Assembly (NCBI GenBank): GCA_032718475.1
Contig: JAUCBJ010005459.1
Location: 1 to 55,706 of the forward strand
Origin: Nemertoderma westbladi
Taxonomy: Eukaryota; Animalia; Xenacoelomorpha
DNA length: 55,706 nucleotides
Direction: 5' to 3'
In this document: positions 23,301 through 38,300 of the stretch, piece after piece
Numbering within the stretch: the first letter of the stretch is position 1
Layout: every line of letters starts with the position of its first letter
Position numbers and translations under genes: made by a program
Notes under the pieces: model-generated
Told to the model about the DNA's origin: nothing
Seen by the model: the letters and a program-made list of their open reading frames with translations, nothing else
The model's database searches: none

Positions 23301-26300
23301 ACTCACTGATCCTCCATTTAACTCACTGATCCTCCATTTAACTCACTGATCCTCCATTTAACTCACTGATCCTCCATTTAACTCACTGATCCTCCACTTA
23401 ACTCACTGATCCTCCATTTAACTCACTGATCCTCCATTTAACTCACACGATCCTCCATTTAACTCACTGATCCTCCATTTAACTCACTGATCCTCCACTT
23501 AACTCACTGATCCTCCATTTAACTCACTGATCCTCCACTTAACTCACTGATCCTCCATTTAACTCACTGATCCTCCATTTAACTCACTGATCCTCCACTT
23601 AACTCACTGATCCTTAATTTAACTCACTGATCCTCCATTTAACTCACTGATCCTCAATTTAACTCACTGATCCTCCATTTAACTCACTGATCCTCCACTT
23701 AACTCACTGATCCTCCATTTAACTCACTGATCCTCCACTTAACTCACTGATCCTCCATTTAGCTCACTGATCCTCCATTTAACTCACTGATCCTCCATTT
23801 AACTCACTGATCCTCCACTTAACTCACTGATCCTCCATTTAACTCACTGATCCTCCACTTAACTCACTGATCCTCCATTTAACTCACTGATCCTCCATTT
23901 AACTCACTGATCCTCCACTTAACTCACTGATCCTTAATTTAACTCACTGATCCTCCATTTAACTCACTGATCCTCCATTTAACTCACTGATCCTCCATTT
24001 AACTCACTGATCCTCCATTTAACTCACTGATCCTCCATTTAACTCACTGATCCTCCATTTAACTCACTGATCCTCCACTTAACTCACTGATCCTCCATTT
24101 AACTCACTGATCCTCCATTTAACTCACTGATCATCCATTTAACCCACACAATCCTCCATTTAACTCACACGATCCTCCATTTAATTCACTGATCCTCCAT
24201 ATAGCTCACTGATCCTCCACTTAACTCACTGATCCTCCATTTAACTCACTGATCCTCCACTTAACTCACTGATCCTCCATTTAACTCACTGATCCTCCAT
24301 TTAACTCACTGATCCTCCATTTAACTCACTGATCCTCCATTTAACTCACTGATCCTCTATTTAAATCACTGATCCTCCAGTTAACGCACTGATCATCCAT
24401 TTAACCCACACAATCCTCCATTTAACTCACACGATCCTCCATTTAACTCACTGATCCTCCATTTAACTCACTGATCCTCCACTTAACTCACTGATCCTCC
24501 ATTTAACTCACTGATCCTCCACTTAACTCACTGAGCCTCCATTTAACTCACTGATCATCCATTTAACTCACTGATCCTCCATTTAACTCACTGATCCTCC
24601 ATTTAACTCACTGATCCTCCACTTAACTCACTGATCCTCCATTTAACTCGTTGATCCTCCATTTAACTCACTGATCCTCCACTTAACCCACTGATCCTCC
24701 ATTTAACTCACTGGTCCTCCATTTAACTCACTGATCATCCATTTAACCCACACAAACCTCCATTTAACTCACACGATCCTCCATTTAACTCACTGATCCT
24801 CCATTTAACTCACTGATCCTCCACTTAACTCACTGATCCTCCATTTAACTCACTGATCCTCCATTTAACTCACTGATCCTCCATTTAACTCACTGATCCT
24901 CCATTTAAATCACTGATCCTCCATTTAACTCACTGATCATCCATTTAACCCACACAATCATCCATTTAACTCACACGATCCTCCATTTAACTCACTGATC
25001 ATCCATTTAACTCACTGATCTTCCACTTAACTCACTGATCCTCCATTTAACTCACTGATCCTCCACTTAACTCACTGATCCTCCATTTAACTCACTGATC
25101 CTCCATTTAACTCACTGATCCTCCATTTAACTCACTGATCCTCCATTTAACTCACTGATCCTCCACTTAACTCACTGATCCTCCATTTAACTCACTGATC
25201 CTCCATTTAACTCACACGATCCTCCATTTAACTCACTGATCCTCCATTTAACTCACTGATCCTCCACTTAACTCACTGATCCTCCATTTAACTCACTGAT
25301 CCTCCACTTAACTCACTGATCCTCCATTTAACTCACTGATCCTCCATTTAACTCACTGATCCTCCACTTAACTCACTGATCCTTAATTTAACTCACTGAT
25401 CCTCCATTTAACTCACTGATCCTCAATTTAACTCACTGATCCTCCATTTAACTCACTGATCCTCCACTTAACTCACTGATCCTCCATTTAACTCACTGAT
25501 CCTCCACTTAACTCACTGATCCTCCATTTAGCTCACTGATCCTCCATTTAACTCACTGATCCTCCATTTAACTCACTGATCCTCCACTTAACTCACTGAT
25601 CCTCCATTTAACTCACTGATCCTCCACTTAACTCACTGATCCTCCATTTAACTCACTGATCCTCCATTTAACTCACTGATCCTCCACTTAACTCACTGAT
25701 CCTTAATTTAACTCACTGATCCTCCATTTAACTCACTGATCCTCCATTTAACTCACTGATCCTCCATTTAACTCACTGATCCTCCACTTAACTCACTGAT
25801 CCTCCATTTAACTCACTGATCCTCCACTTAACTCACTGATCCTTAATTTAACTCACTGATCCTCCATTTAACTCAATGATCCTCCATTTAACTCACTGAT
25901 CCTCCATTTAACTCACTGATCCTCCACTTAACTCACTGATCCTCCATTTAACTCACTGATCCTCCATTTAACTCACTGATCCTCCATTTAACTCACTGAT
26001 CCTCCACTTAACTCACTGATCCTCCATTTAACTCACTGATCCTCCACTTAACTCACTGATCCTCCATTTAGCTCACTGATCCTTAATTTAACTCACTGAT
26101 CCTCCATTTAACTCACTGATCCTCCACTTAACTCACTGATCCTCCATTTAACTCACTGATCCTCCATTTAACTCACTGATCCTCCATTTAACTCACTGAT
26201 CCTCCATTTAACTCACTGATCCTCCATTTAACTCACTGATCCTCCACTTAACTCACTGATCCTCCATTTAACTCACTGATCCTCCATTTAACTCACTGAT

Positions 26301-29300
26301 CCTCCATTTAACTCACTGATCCTCCACTTGACTCACTGATCCTCCATTTAACTCACTGATCCTCCATTTAACTCACTGATCCTCCATTTAACTCACTGAT
26401 CCTCCATTTAACTCACTGATCCTCCATTTAACTCACTGATCCTCCACTTAACTCACTGATCCTCCATTTAACTCACTGATCCTCCATTTAACTCACTGAT
26501 CCTCCACTTAACTCACTGATCCTCCATTTAACTCACTGATCCTCCATTTAACTCACTGATCCTCCATTTAACTCACTGATCCTCCATTTAACTCACTGAT
26601 CCTCCATTTAACTCACTGATCCTCCATTTAACTCACTGATCCTCCACTTAACTCACTGATCCTCCATTTAACTCACTGATCCTCCATTTAACTCACTGAT
26701 CCTCCATTTAACTCACTGATCCTCCACTTGACTCACTGATCCTCCATTTAACTCACTGATCCTCCATTTAACTCACTGATCCTCCACTTGACTCACTGAT
26801 CCTCCATTTAACTCACTGATCCTCCATTTAACTCACTGATCCTCCATTTAACTCACTGATCCTCCATTTAACTCACTGATCATCCATTTAACCCACACAA
26901 TCCTCCATTTAACTCACACGATCCTCCATTTAATTCACTGATCCTCCATATAGCTCACTGATCCTCCACTTAACTCACTGATCCTCCATTTAACTCACTG
27001 ATCCTCCACTTAACTCACTGATCCTCCATTTAACTCACTGATCCTCCATTTAACTCACTGATCCTCCATTTAACTCACTGATCCTCCATTTAACTCACTG
27101 ATCCTCTATTTAAATCACTGATCCTCCAGTTAACGCACTGATCATCCATTTAACCCACACAATCCTCCATTTAACTCACACGATCCTCCATTTAACTCAC
27201 TGATCCTCCATTTAACTCACTGATCCTCCACTTAACTCACTGATCCTCCATTTAACTCACTGATCCTCCACTTAACTCACTGAGCCTCCATTTAACTCAC
27301 TGATTATCCATTTAACTCACTGATCCTCCATTTAACTCACTGATCCTCCATTTAACTCACTGATCCTCCACTTAACTCACTGATCCTCCATTTAACTCGT
27401 TGATCCTCCATTTAACTCACTGATCCTCCACTTAACCCACTGATCCTCCACTTAACTCACTGATCCTCCATTTAACTCACTGATCCTCCATTTAACTCAC
27501 TGATCCTCCATTTAACTCACTGATCCTCCATTTAACTCACTGATCCTCCATTTAAATCACTGATCCTCCATTTAACTCACTGATCATCCATTTAACCCAC
27601 ACAATCATCCATTTAACTCACACGATCCTCCATTTAACTCACTGATCATCCATTTAACTCACTGATCTTCCACTTAACTCACTGATCCTCCATTTAACTC
27701 ACTGATCCTCCACTTAACTCACTGATCCTCCATTTAACTCACTGATCCTCCATTTAACTCACTGATCCTCCATTTAACTCACTGATCCTCCATTTAACTC
27801 ACTGATCCTCCACTTAACTCACTGATCCTCCATTTAACTCACTGATCCTCCATTTAACTCACACGATCCTCCATTTAACTCACTGATCCTCCATTTAACT
27901 CACTGATCATCCATTTAACCCACACAATCCTCCATTTAACTCACACGATCCTCCATTTAACTCACTGATCCTCCATTTAACTCACTGATCCTCCACTTAA
28001 CTCACTGATCCTCCATTTAACTCACTGATCCTCCACTTAACTCACTGATCCTCCATTTAACTCACTGATCCTCCATTTAACTCACTGATCCTCCACTTAA
28101 CTCACTGATCCTTAATTTAACTCACTGATCCTCCATTTAACTCACTGATCCTCAATTTAACTCACTGATCCTCCATTTAACTCACTGATCCTCCACTTAA
28201 CTCACTGATCCTCCATTTAACTCACTGATCCTCCACTTAACTCACTGATCCTCCATTTAGCTCACTGATCCTCCATTTAACTCACTGATCCTCCATTTAA
28301 CTCACTGATCCTCCACTTAACTCACTGATCCTCCATTTAACTCACTGATCCTCCACTTAACTCACTGATCCTCCATTTAGCTCACTGATCCTTAATTTAA
28401 CTCACTGATCCTCCACTTAACTCACTGATCCTCCATTTAGCTCACTGATCCTTAATTTAACTCACTGATCCTCCATTTAACTCACTGATCCTCCACTTAA
28501 CTCACTGATCCTCCATTTAACTCACTGATCCTCCATTTAACTCACTGATCCTTAATTTAACTCACTGATCCTCCATTTAACTCAATGATCCTCCATTTAA
28601 CTCACTGATCCTCCATTTAACTCACTGATCCTCCACTTAACTCACTGATCCTCCATTTAACTCACTGATCCTCCATTTAACTCACTGATCCTCCATTTAA
28701 CTCACTGATCCTCCACTTAACTCACTGATCCTCCATTTAACTCACTGATCCTCCACTTAACTCACTGATCCTCCATTTAGCTCACTGATCCTTAATTTAA
28801 CTCACTGATCCTCCATTTAACTCACTGATCCTCCACTTAACTCACTGATCCTCCATTTAACTCACTGATCCTCCATTTAACTCACTGATCCTCCATTTAA
28901 CTCACTGATCCTCCATTTAACTCACTGATCCTCCATTTAACTCACTGATCCTCCACTTAACTCACTGATCCTCCATTTAACTCACTGATCCTCCATTTAA
29001 CTCACTGATCCTCCATTTAACTCACTGATCCTCCATTTAACTCACTGATCCTCCATTTAACTCACTGATCCTCCACTTAACTCACTGATCCTCCATTTAA
29101 CTCACTGATCCTTAATTTAACTCACTGATCCTCCATTTAACTCACTGATCCTCCACTTAACTCACTGATCCTCCATTTAACTCACTGATCCTCCATTTAA
29201 CTCACTGATCCTCCATTTAACTCACTGATCCTCCATTTAACTCACTGATCCTCCATTTAACTCACTGATCCTCCACTTAACTCACTGATCCTCCATTTAA

Positions 29301-32300
29301 CTCACTGATCCTCCATTTAACTCACTGATCCTCCATTTAACTCACTGATCCTCCATTTAACTCACTGATCCTCCATTTAACTCACTGATCCTCCACTTAA
29401 CTCACTGATCCTCCATTTAACTCACTGATCCTCCATTTAACTCACTGATCCTCCATTTAACTCACTGATCCTCCATTTAACTCACTGATCCTCCATTTAA
29501 CTCACTGATCCTCCATTTAACTCACTGATCCTCCATTTAACTCACTGATCCTCCATTTAACTCACTGATCTACAGTTCAAGCAAAAGAAACAAAATAACC
29601 GGGTAGAACCTAAAAAGCTAGAGAATGAAGTAAATCGAAATGTTTAGATATTTATTTCGGAAAAGTTTGGATTTTTAAATCCTTTACTAATTCGAAATAG
29701 AGAAAACTTAAAATGCAAATTTCGTGATTTCCAATTTCTATAGGTTGGAGTTCAACTATTTACATCCAAAATATATTAAGATACTTTCACTTTCAATGGA
29801 ATCTAAGTGATATAAAGAAATATGTACCTCAAGCTGTAGCTGTCATCTTCCTTTATTTTCGCAGATTCGACGTTATTGAGACTGAACCACTTGAATATCA
29901 ACCCAACATCGAATATTCCAACATTAGCTGGAGTTCCAAAAGACTTGTATTCCAACGTGTTGAAGTCAATGATCTCAATAACAGGCATCGCACACGTTCT
30001 CCTAAATGATTATTGTTAACACGTCACGAAATAATTAAAAACTTCAAGTTCAAAAGGATATTCAAAATATGCTCAGATACCAGTAAAGTTGTCTTCAAAA
30101 TGTATAAATTTCATATTTATATAGTATGTAATAAAAGTAAACATTTTCCGCGATTTCTACAGTAGGACTAAAAGGTACACAGACAAAATGGTAAACTGAC
30201 AAAGTTACTGCCACAAAGGTACACGGACTAATCCGGACAAACGGGAGATGGACAAAAGTTAAATATGTATAATCTATCCGGACAAATACACCCGGGCATC
30301 ACGGTGCTGCACTCACCTGCCCCAGACTGTCTCCGCCAGTAGTGGTTCCATCCAACCCCTGCTGCACTCCCCTGTCCCAGGCTATCTCCGCCAGTAGTGG
30401 CTCCAACCAGCCCCTGCTGCACTCACCTGTCCCAGACTATCTCCGCCAGTAGTGGCCCCAACCAGCCCCTGCTGCACTCACCTGTCCCAAACTATCTCCG
30501 CCAGTAGTGGCTTCAACCAGCCCCTGCTGCACCCACCTGCCCCAGACTGTCTCCGCCAGTAGTGGTTCCATCCAACCCCTGCTGCACTCCCCTGTCCCAG
30601 GCTATCTCCGCCAGTAGTGGCTCCAACCAGCCCCTGCTGCACTCACCTGTCCCAGACTATCTCCGCCAGTAGTGGCCCCAACCAGCCCCTGCTGCACTCA
30701 CCTGTCCCAGACTATCTCCGCCAGTAGTGGCTTCAACCAGCCCCTGCTGCACTCACCTGTCCCGGACTATCTCCGCCAGTAGTGGCTCCAACCAACCCCT
30801 GCTGCACTCACCTGTCCCAGACTATCTCCGCCAGTAGTGGCTCCAACCAGCCCCTGCTGCACTCACCTGTCCCGGACTATCTCCGCCAGTAGTGGCTCCA
30901 ACCAACCCCTGCTGCACTCACCTGTCCCAGACTATCTCCGCCAGTAGTGGCCCCAACCAGCCCCTGCTGCACTCACCTGTCCCAGACTATCTCCGCCAGT
31001 AGTGGCTTCAACCAGCCCCTGCTGCACTCACCTGTCCCGGACTATCTCCGCCAGTAGTGGCTCCAACCAACCCCTGCTGCACTCACCTGTCCCAGACTAT
31101 CTCCGCCAGTAGTGGCTCCAACCAGCCCCTGCTGCACTCACCTGTCCCGGACTATCTCCGCCAGTAGTGGCTCCAACCAACCCCTGCTGCACTCACCTGT
31201 CCCAGACTATCTCCGCCAGTAGTGGCTTCAATTAGCCCCTACCGCACCCACCTGTCCCAGACTATCTCCGCCAGTAGTGGCTCCAAGCAACCCCTGCTGC
31301 ACTCACCTGTCCCAGACTATCTCCGCCAGTAGTGGCTTCAACCAGCCCCTGCTGCACCCACCTGTCCCAGACTATCTCCGCCAGTAGTGGCTCCAACCAA
31401 ACCCTGCTGCACTCACCTCTCCCAGACTATCTCCGCCAGTAGTGGCTCCAACCAGACCCTGCTGCACTCACCTGTCCCAGACTATCTCCGCCAGTAGTGG
31501 CCCCAACCAGCCCCTGCTGCACCCACCTGTCCCAGACTATCTCCGCCAGTAGTGGCTCCAACCAACCCTTGCTGCACTCACCTGTCCCAGACTATCAACG
31601 CCAGTAGTGGCTCCAACCAGCCCCTGCTGCACTCACCTGTCCCAGACTATCTCCGCCAGTAGTGGCCCCAACCAGCCCCTGCTGCACCCACCTGTCCCAG
31701 ACTATCTCCGCCAGTAGTGGCCCCAACCAGCCCCTGCTGCACTCACCTGTCCCAGACTATCTCCGCCAGTAGTGGCTCCAACCAGCCCTTGCTGCACTCA
31801 CCTGTCCCAGACTATCTCCGCCAGTAGTGGCTCCAACCAGCCCCTGCTGCACTCACCTGTCCCAGACTATCTCCGCCAGTAGTGGCCCCAACCAGCCCCT
31901 GCTGCACCCACCTGTCCCAGACTATCTCCGCCAGTATAGTGGCTCCAACCAACCCCTGCTGCACTCACCTGTCCCAGACTATCTCCGCCAGTAGTGGCCC
32001 CAACCAGCCCCTGCTGCACCCACCTGTCCCAGACTATCTCCGCCAGTAGTGGCTCCAACCAGCCCCTGCTGCACCCACCTGTCCCAGGCTATCTCCGCCA
32101 GTAGTGACTCCAACCAACCCCTGCTGCACTCACCTGGCCCAGACCATCTCCGCCAGTAGTGGCTCCAACCAACCCCTGCTGCACTCACCTGTCCCAGAAT
32201 ATCTCCGCCAGTAATGGCTTCAACCAGCCCCTGCTGCACCCACCTGTCCCAGACTATCTCCGCCAGTAGTGGCTCCAACCAGCCCCTGCTGCACTCACCT

Positions 32301-35300
32301 GTCCCGGACTATCTCCGCCAGTAATGGCTTCAACCAGCCCCTGCTGCACCCACCTGTCCCAGACTATCTCCGCCAGTAGTGGCTCCAACCAGCCCCTGCT
32401 GCACTCACCTGTCCCGGACTATCTCCGCCAGTAGTGGCTCCAACCAACCCCTGCTGCACTCACCTGTCCCGGACTATCTCCGCCAGTAGTGGCTCCAACC
32501 AAACCCTGCTGCACTCACCTGTCCCGGACTATCTCCGCCAGTAGTGACTCCAACCAAACCCTGCTGCACTCACCTGTCCCAGACTATCTCCGCCAGTAGT
32601 GGCTCCAACCAACCCCTGCTGCACTCACCTGTCCCAGACTATCTCCGCCAGTATAGTGGCTCCAACCAACCCCTGCTGCACTCACCTGTCCCAGACTATC
32701 TCCGCCAGTAGTGGCTCCAACCAGCCCCTGCTGCACCCACCTGTCCCAGACTATCTCCGCCAGTAGTGGCTCCAACCAGCCCCTGCTGCACCCACCTGTC
32801 CCAGGCTATCTCCGCCAGTAGTGACTCCAACCAACCCCTGCTGCACTCACCTGTCCCAGACTATCTCCGCCAATAGTGGCTCCAACCAACCCCTGCTGCA
32901 CTCCCCTGTCCCAGACTATCTCCGCCAGCAGTGGCTCCAACCAGCCCCTGCTGCACCCACCTGCCCCAGACTGTCTCCGCCAGTAGTGGTTCCATCCAAC
33001 CCCTGCTGCACTCCCCTGTCCCAGGCTATCTCCGCCAGTAGTGGCTCCAACCAACCCCTGCTGCACCCACCTGTCCCAGACTATCTCCGCCAGTAGTGGT
33101 TCCAACCAGCCCCTGCAGCACCCACCTCTCCCAGACTATCTCCGCCAATAGTGGTTCCAACTAACCCTTGCTGCACTCACCTGTCCCAGACTATCTCCGC
33201 CAGTAGTGGCTCCAACCAGCCCCTGCTGCACTCACCTGTCCCAGACTATCTCCGCCAGTAGTGGCTCCAACCAACCCCTGCTGCACTCACAATGAGAGTC
33301 CAGGAAGACGATAACCTTTCCTTTAGCGATGGCGGCTCCGGCTAATCGCGCCTGTATCAAACCTGACCGATTGTACATCCTGACAATGTGTACCGGTACC
33401 GACAACCCAGTCATATACGTGTCGAGTTTACCTCCTAAGTCGTCTATAAAACCCATATAATTAATTATGTAGTACAGTATATATTACACATAACGACGAA
33501 CCTTGGTTTGGTTAGTGGAGGCTGGGTGACATTATAATACAATTAAAATTTGAATGTTAAGTCTAAAAAATTAGAGAATAGCGTGGTGGCAGCCAGTAAT
33601 TGTAAGATATTGGTGGAAAGAAATTTGAATTTAGGTGACAAATAGGCATGGCATGCTTTTATTGTAGGAAAGGCCAATCGTGTGGCAGTCAGCTGTATTA
33701 GTGCAGAACAGTGTATGTTATAGCTGCTTTTAATACATCCCGTCATAGTAGACATGTACAGAACGACAAGAGACCCACAAGAATGGAAAATAAATAAGTT
33801 GGTGCCAGTTCCCATGAAGGGCCACCTAACACTCTATGGTTCTTTTCGGGGAATCTCATTGACCTCGATTGCTGCAAAGCTATACAAGAGAAAGAATTAT
33901 ATTGAATCGCATCAGGGATCCCATTGGGTGACAATTCTGTGGCTATCAGAATGGGTTCCGTAAAGGTCGTGGGAACATTGAGCCCATTTTGGCACTTAGA
34001 AGTGTAGTTGGAGAGTTATCGAAAAAGATAGACAGTCATCTGGCTGTTGTCTTTGTTGACTTCTTCAAGGCTTTCGTTTCAGTCTCTCGCTCACGTATGT
34101 TCAGCATACTTTTATTATATGGGATTCCTGATGAAATTATTGCAGCAATCAGATCAGTATACGATGGTTCGACAACATTTGTGTCTACTGTTGACGGTGA
34201 CACAGAACCATTTGAAGTGTTATGGGGCGTCCTCCAGGGAGACACACTTGCATCATTCTTGTTCATAATTGTGGTTAACTATGTTCTACGCATGTCCTTA
34301 GATCATCATAATGATGATGGGGTGATGGTTACTCCACCTACTGGTTCCAGAAGTCGAGGAAATCCTGCCAAGTACCTAACTGATCTAGACTTTGCTGATG
34401 AATTTTGACAGTTAACTTTGAAAGTCCTCAGCAAGTCTCCGACCATGGTGCTTGAGCATGTGGTCGATGTCTGTTACCTGGAATCACGGATCCGGAAGTC
34501 ATGTGTGGACCTACGAATACGTTAGGGAAAGGCATGGGCAGCCTTGAATGGACTTTGCAGGATTTGTAAGTCAGCGAGAATTAATCGGAAACTTAAGGTC
34601 CGATTATTTGGAGCAGCAGTAGTTCCAGTGTTCCTCTTTGGGAGTCCATGCTCTGCTAACTGTTGAGGACACCAAATCTCTGGATGGCACATTCACAAGA
34701 ATGCTGCGCCGGGTTCACTGTGTCAAGTACAATGCACACATCTCCAATCAGACACTATGGAAGTGTCTCATTGGTTCCCCCAAGCTTGACACTAGAACAA
34801 AGCCGCTTCCGCTTTGCAGGATATTGCTTTCGCCGTGAGGACCAGCCAGTGCATAATCTTGTCAGCGGCCTCATGGAGTGAATAAGCATGGTGGACAGCT
34901 TATGACTTTCTTGAGACGCATCATAAAGGACACTAGCATTGAAGATGCGGATGATCTAGCAAATGTCATGGGTGATAGGGATTTGTGGCGGCTCAATTTT
35001 GTCGAGAAGCCGGCACAGCATTCTTAATATATATGTAATATATATATAATGCAGATGCAATGCTGCATGCCGATCCTAGTAGTAGTAATACATCCAAGAG
35101 TTATTCAAGGCAGGTTCAAACAGAATTACCTCTACGGTATGTAAGTTGTTACCTTGGTCACTAGCATCGTCAACTAGAATGACTTCCTCTAAGAGATGGC
35201 TGGGACTTCTATTGATAACGCTGTGAACGGTACGAGCTAGTGCTGAGAAAGCCTCCTTGTGGAATATGATGACGACGCTGGCGGATGGAAGGTTCCTCGG

Positions 35301-38300
35301 GTAAACCTTGGATTTACACCTGTTGATAAAATAAACACGTTCTAGTTTATGATAAGAAGGCTGTGAGGTAGGGGGGTCTAATTATTACTAAATAATAATT
35401 ACTAAATAAATATATATAAACTTTTGTTTGTATTTACTTTTATTCATGTATATATGAAGATGTTGAGAAATGGTTGGAAGTATGGCTATGGAGTGCAGTG
35501 TTCATACTTGGGAGTTAGTGTCGCACGGTTCCACGGTTCCTCCTGATAGGTGACAGCCAAGAGAGTGGAATATTGAGGTTGCCTCCGGAGATTCATGTTA
35601 CAAATCACCTTTACTTTCCTTTACTCTTATACAGTATAGTACCGGTATGAATAATATCATTATCTCAAAGCTGACATTGTCTGATTTTGAGATCCACTAG
35701 AGTGTTCGGATGGTCTTAGGATTATCGGGCACGGGATTACTAACTGACAACTGTAGTACTCCACAGTCGTGTAACACATTCAATCATAGTCCGGACTTTA
35801 CGCTGAAACAAACGTAAAACCGAACACCCGGCGCAAATTGATTTAAATCCTTTTGGTTTGTTTTTGTGGAATTTGAAGCTCAAAGTTCATTTTTGGCAAC
35901 TCAATGCGCCATAGTTAGTTAGCTACCATGGTTACGCCATAGTTAGTTACCACACAGTTAGTTGTCATTTCAGGTACTATTGCTTGATAGATACTGTAAG
36001 TTTTAGCAAAATACAGTAGCATAATAATGATTGGAGAGTTATAAATGACTCACTTGTCGCTTCGATTATCAGGTAGTGTGCGATTCACGGATATTCTATC
36101 GCTAACTAGAAGATTAAATTGGTTTATTTTGAATATCTCCTTCTCTATATCTTTATCCTTATCATCGTCTGGTATGATATACGGTACACCGCCTTCACCT
36201 GGTCCAGAACGGTACGCTTCTGTTCCTAAAGGATTCCATTCACCAATTACTAAAGTTTGGAAAAATAAACCCTTTTTTAGTTACACATACTGTTATACAA
36301 CAGTGGCAAGTCAAAATTACTTATTGCCCTAGCCCACCACGGTACGCACAAACTTCGCCCGCGTCCAATTGTTAAAGCTTTTGCGACCAAAAACTCACAT
36401 TTTATTAGCAATAAAAAAAGTCTTACTCCAAAATCATAGAACTATTGAGTAAGATTGATCAAATCTCTAAAGATTTCTAAAAACCCACACGACTTGCCGT
36501 GTTAATTTTTGGTATCCACTTTGTTGTTTTCTAAACCTCCTTCTTAGTGGTGGAAATACGGCCAATAAGAGCGATTTTCATTTTATTAATATTCATATAA
36601 TTCAGATTAGCCTTTATCTCAATAAGGGTCATGGCAATACATACATACGTAATGAACAGTAATTATACCTACAGTATGTTTGTTTGTTACAGTATGTTTA
36701 CGGCCAACCAATAAAGCATAGGTACTAAATAGTAAATACAGATACACAAACCAATCAGAACCACATCTAAACACTGAATTACCTACAGTAATGCAAAGCA
36801 AATTGAATAATAAAATAAAATAAGTGACATGAGAAGGAAGTTGGGCCGCACTCGTTACGAGTAGTTGGATGTCGAATTTGGGTTACAGGGAGATCGAAAT
36901 GCTTTTAATTTAGAAGTTCGTATTTATTTAGGAGTTCGTATTAATTTAGAAGTTCGTATGCCGTATTGAGCAATTCTACTAGAAGGTTATTAGTTGTTCT
37001 GTCATCACATTTCATTATGCTTATAGAATTTCATATTATCGTCAAAATTATTTAAAAGTAAATTCGTCGTAGTATCTAAGCTTGAAAACAGTTTTTCTCG
37101 TTGATTATAAAATTTTGGGCACCTAATTACAATGTGTTTCTCATCCTCTATTGACTCATCACTACAAAATCTACACAATCTACTTTCCAGGGGGGTTTTT
37201 ATCATAATCAATTACCAGATTACTAGATTATTTTCGAATTGTTCATATGAAGTAAAGTTAACCTTATTTAGATCCTACTGTTACAGCATGTACTGTTGTT
37301 CACTCTGGTCTATATTTCGTGTTGAGAATTTGCGCAAGGTTAAGGTAGCTTATAATACTGCTTTTAGATCACTTTTCAAATATTCTAGAACTGAGGACGC
37401 TAGTGAAATTTTCGTAAGTAATAGGATCAATACTTTTAGGGCTATGCAGAGAAGTAATATTTTTTCTTTGCTACGACGTATTGATGTTTCACAAAACATC
37501 ATTATTCGTGCAATTGCTAACGTTTCTCCTCTCTCGGTGTTGCGCAAGAGGTGGTGGTTAGTGGTGCTTGGGGTAACCTAAATTTCTGATTTTGTATTTA
37601 TTCTGTTGTCTAGGTAAATTTATATAATGTGGTCTGTATACTTCTACTACTTGTATGTATGTAATTAAATATATCTTGTACCTACAATGGATCTATAGTG
37701 TCAGATTAAACAAAGATAATAATAATAATAATAATAATAACGACCTGTCTCTATCCTAAAGGTGTGATTGCTGATTCTAAACCGTGTTAATATTTGGCGT
37801 GTTTTAAATGGCAGATTGGTTAAATATTGTTCATCTATTAATGTGCTTATAAATAGCGAATAGGTTCTTAGTTTGTTTGTGGATTTACCGTCTTTACTGA
37901 GCGGGTTTGTGATTGCAAATTGCCAATTTTTTTCAGAGAATGTATTAAATTGTGTGCGAATGGCTGATAGTTTTTGAAATTTGGAGGGTAATAATTGATA
38001 GATTGACTTCGCAGATAGATTATTAATTTTGGACATTGGTTCATCTACTAGTGCTTCGATTGAGTTTAGGATTGTCATACGCATTCGCTAGCTGATTTAT
38101 ATCAGGCGTTATCTCGTTTGGCAAAATTAAGCGAGATTTCTGTGATAATAAAAATTATACGGTGAAAATTATTGAAATCTCCTAAAAGCGCGAACACCAA
38201 TCTTCGCCTCAATATGAGTGTTAGTTAACAACATCGGTTATTGAAACGTCGTCTCTGTAACCTAACGCCTCTGTGACCTGCTCTTTTCCCCCAATCGGGC

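Noticed and set aside
30228-33105. Short ORFs in the 55-bp array ([11 protein letters not shown]...) as extra genes or alternative exons
   Set aside because: They are frame-cycling products of a 55-nt unit and lack polypyrimidine acceptors.
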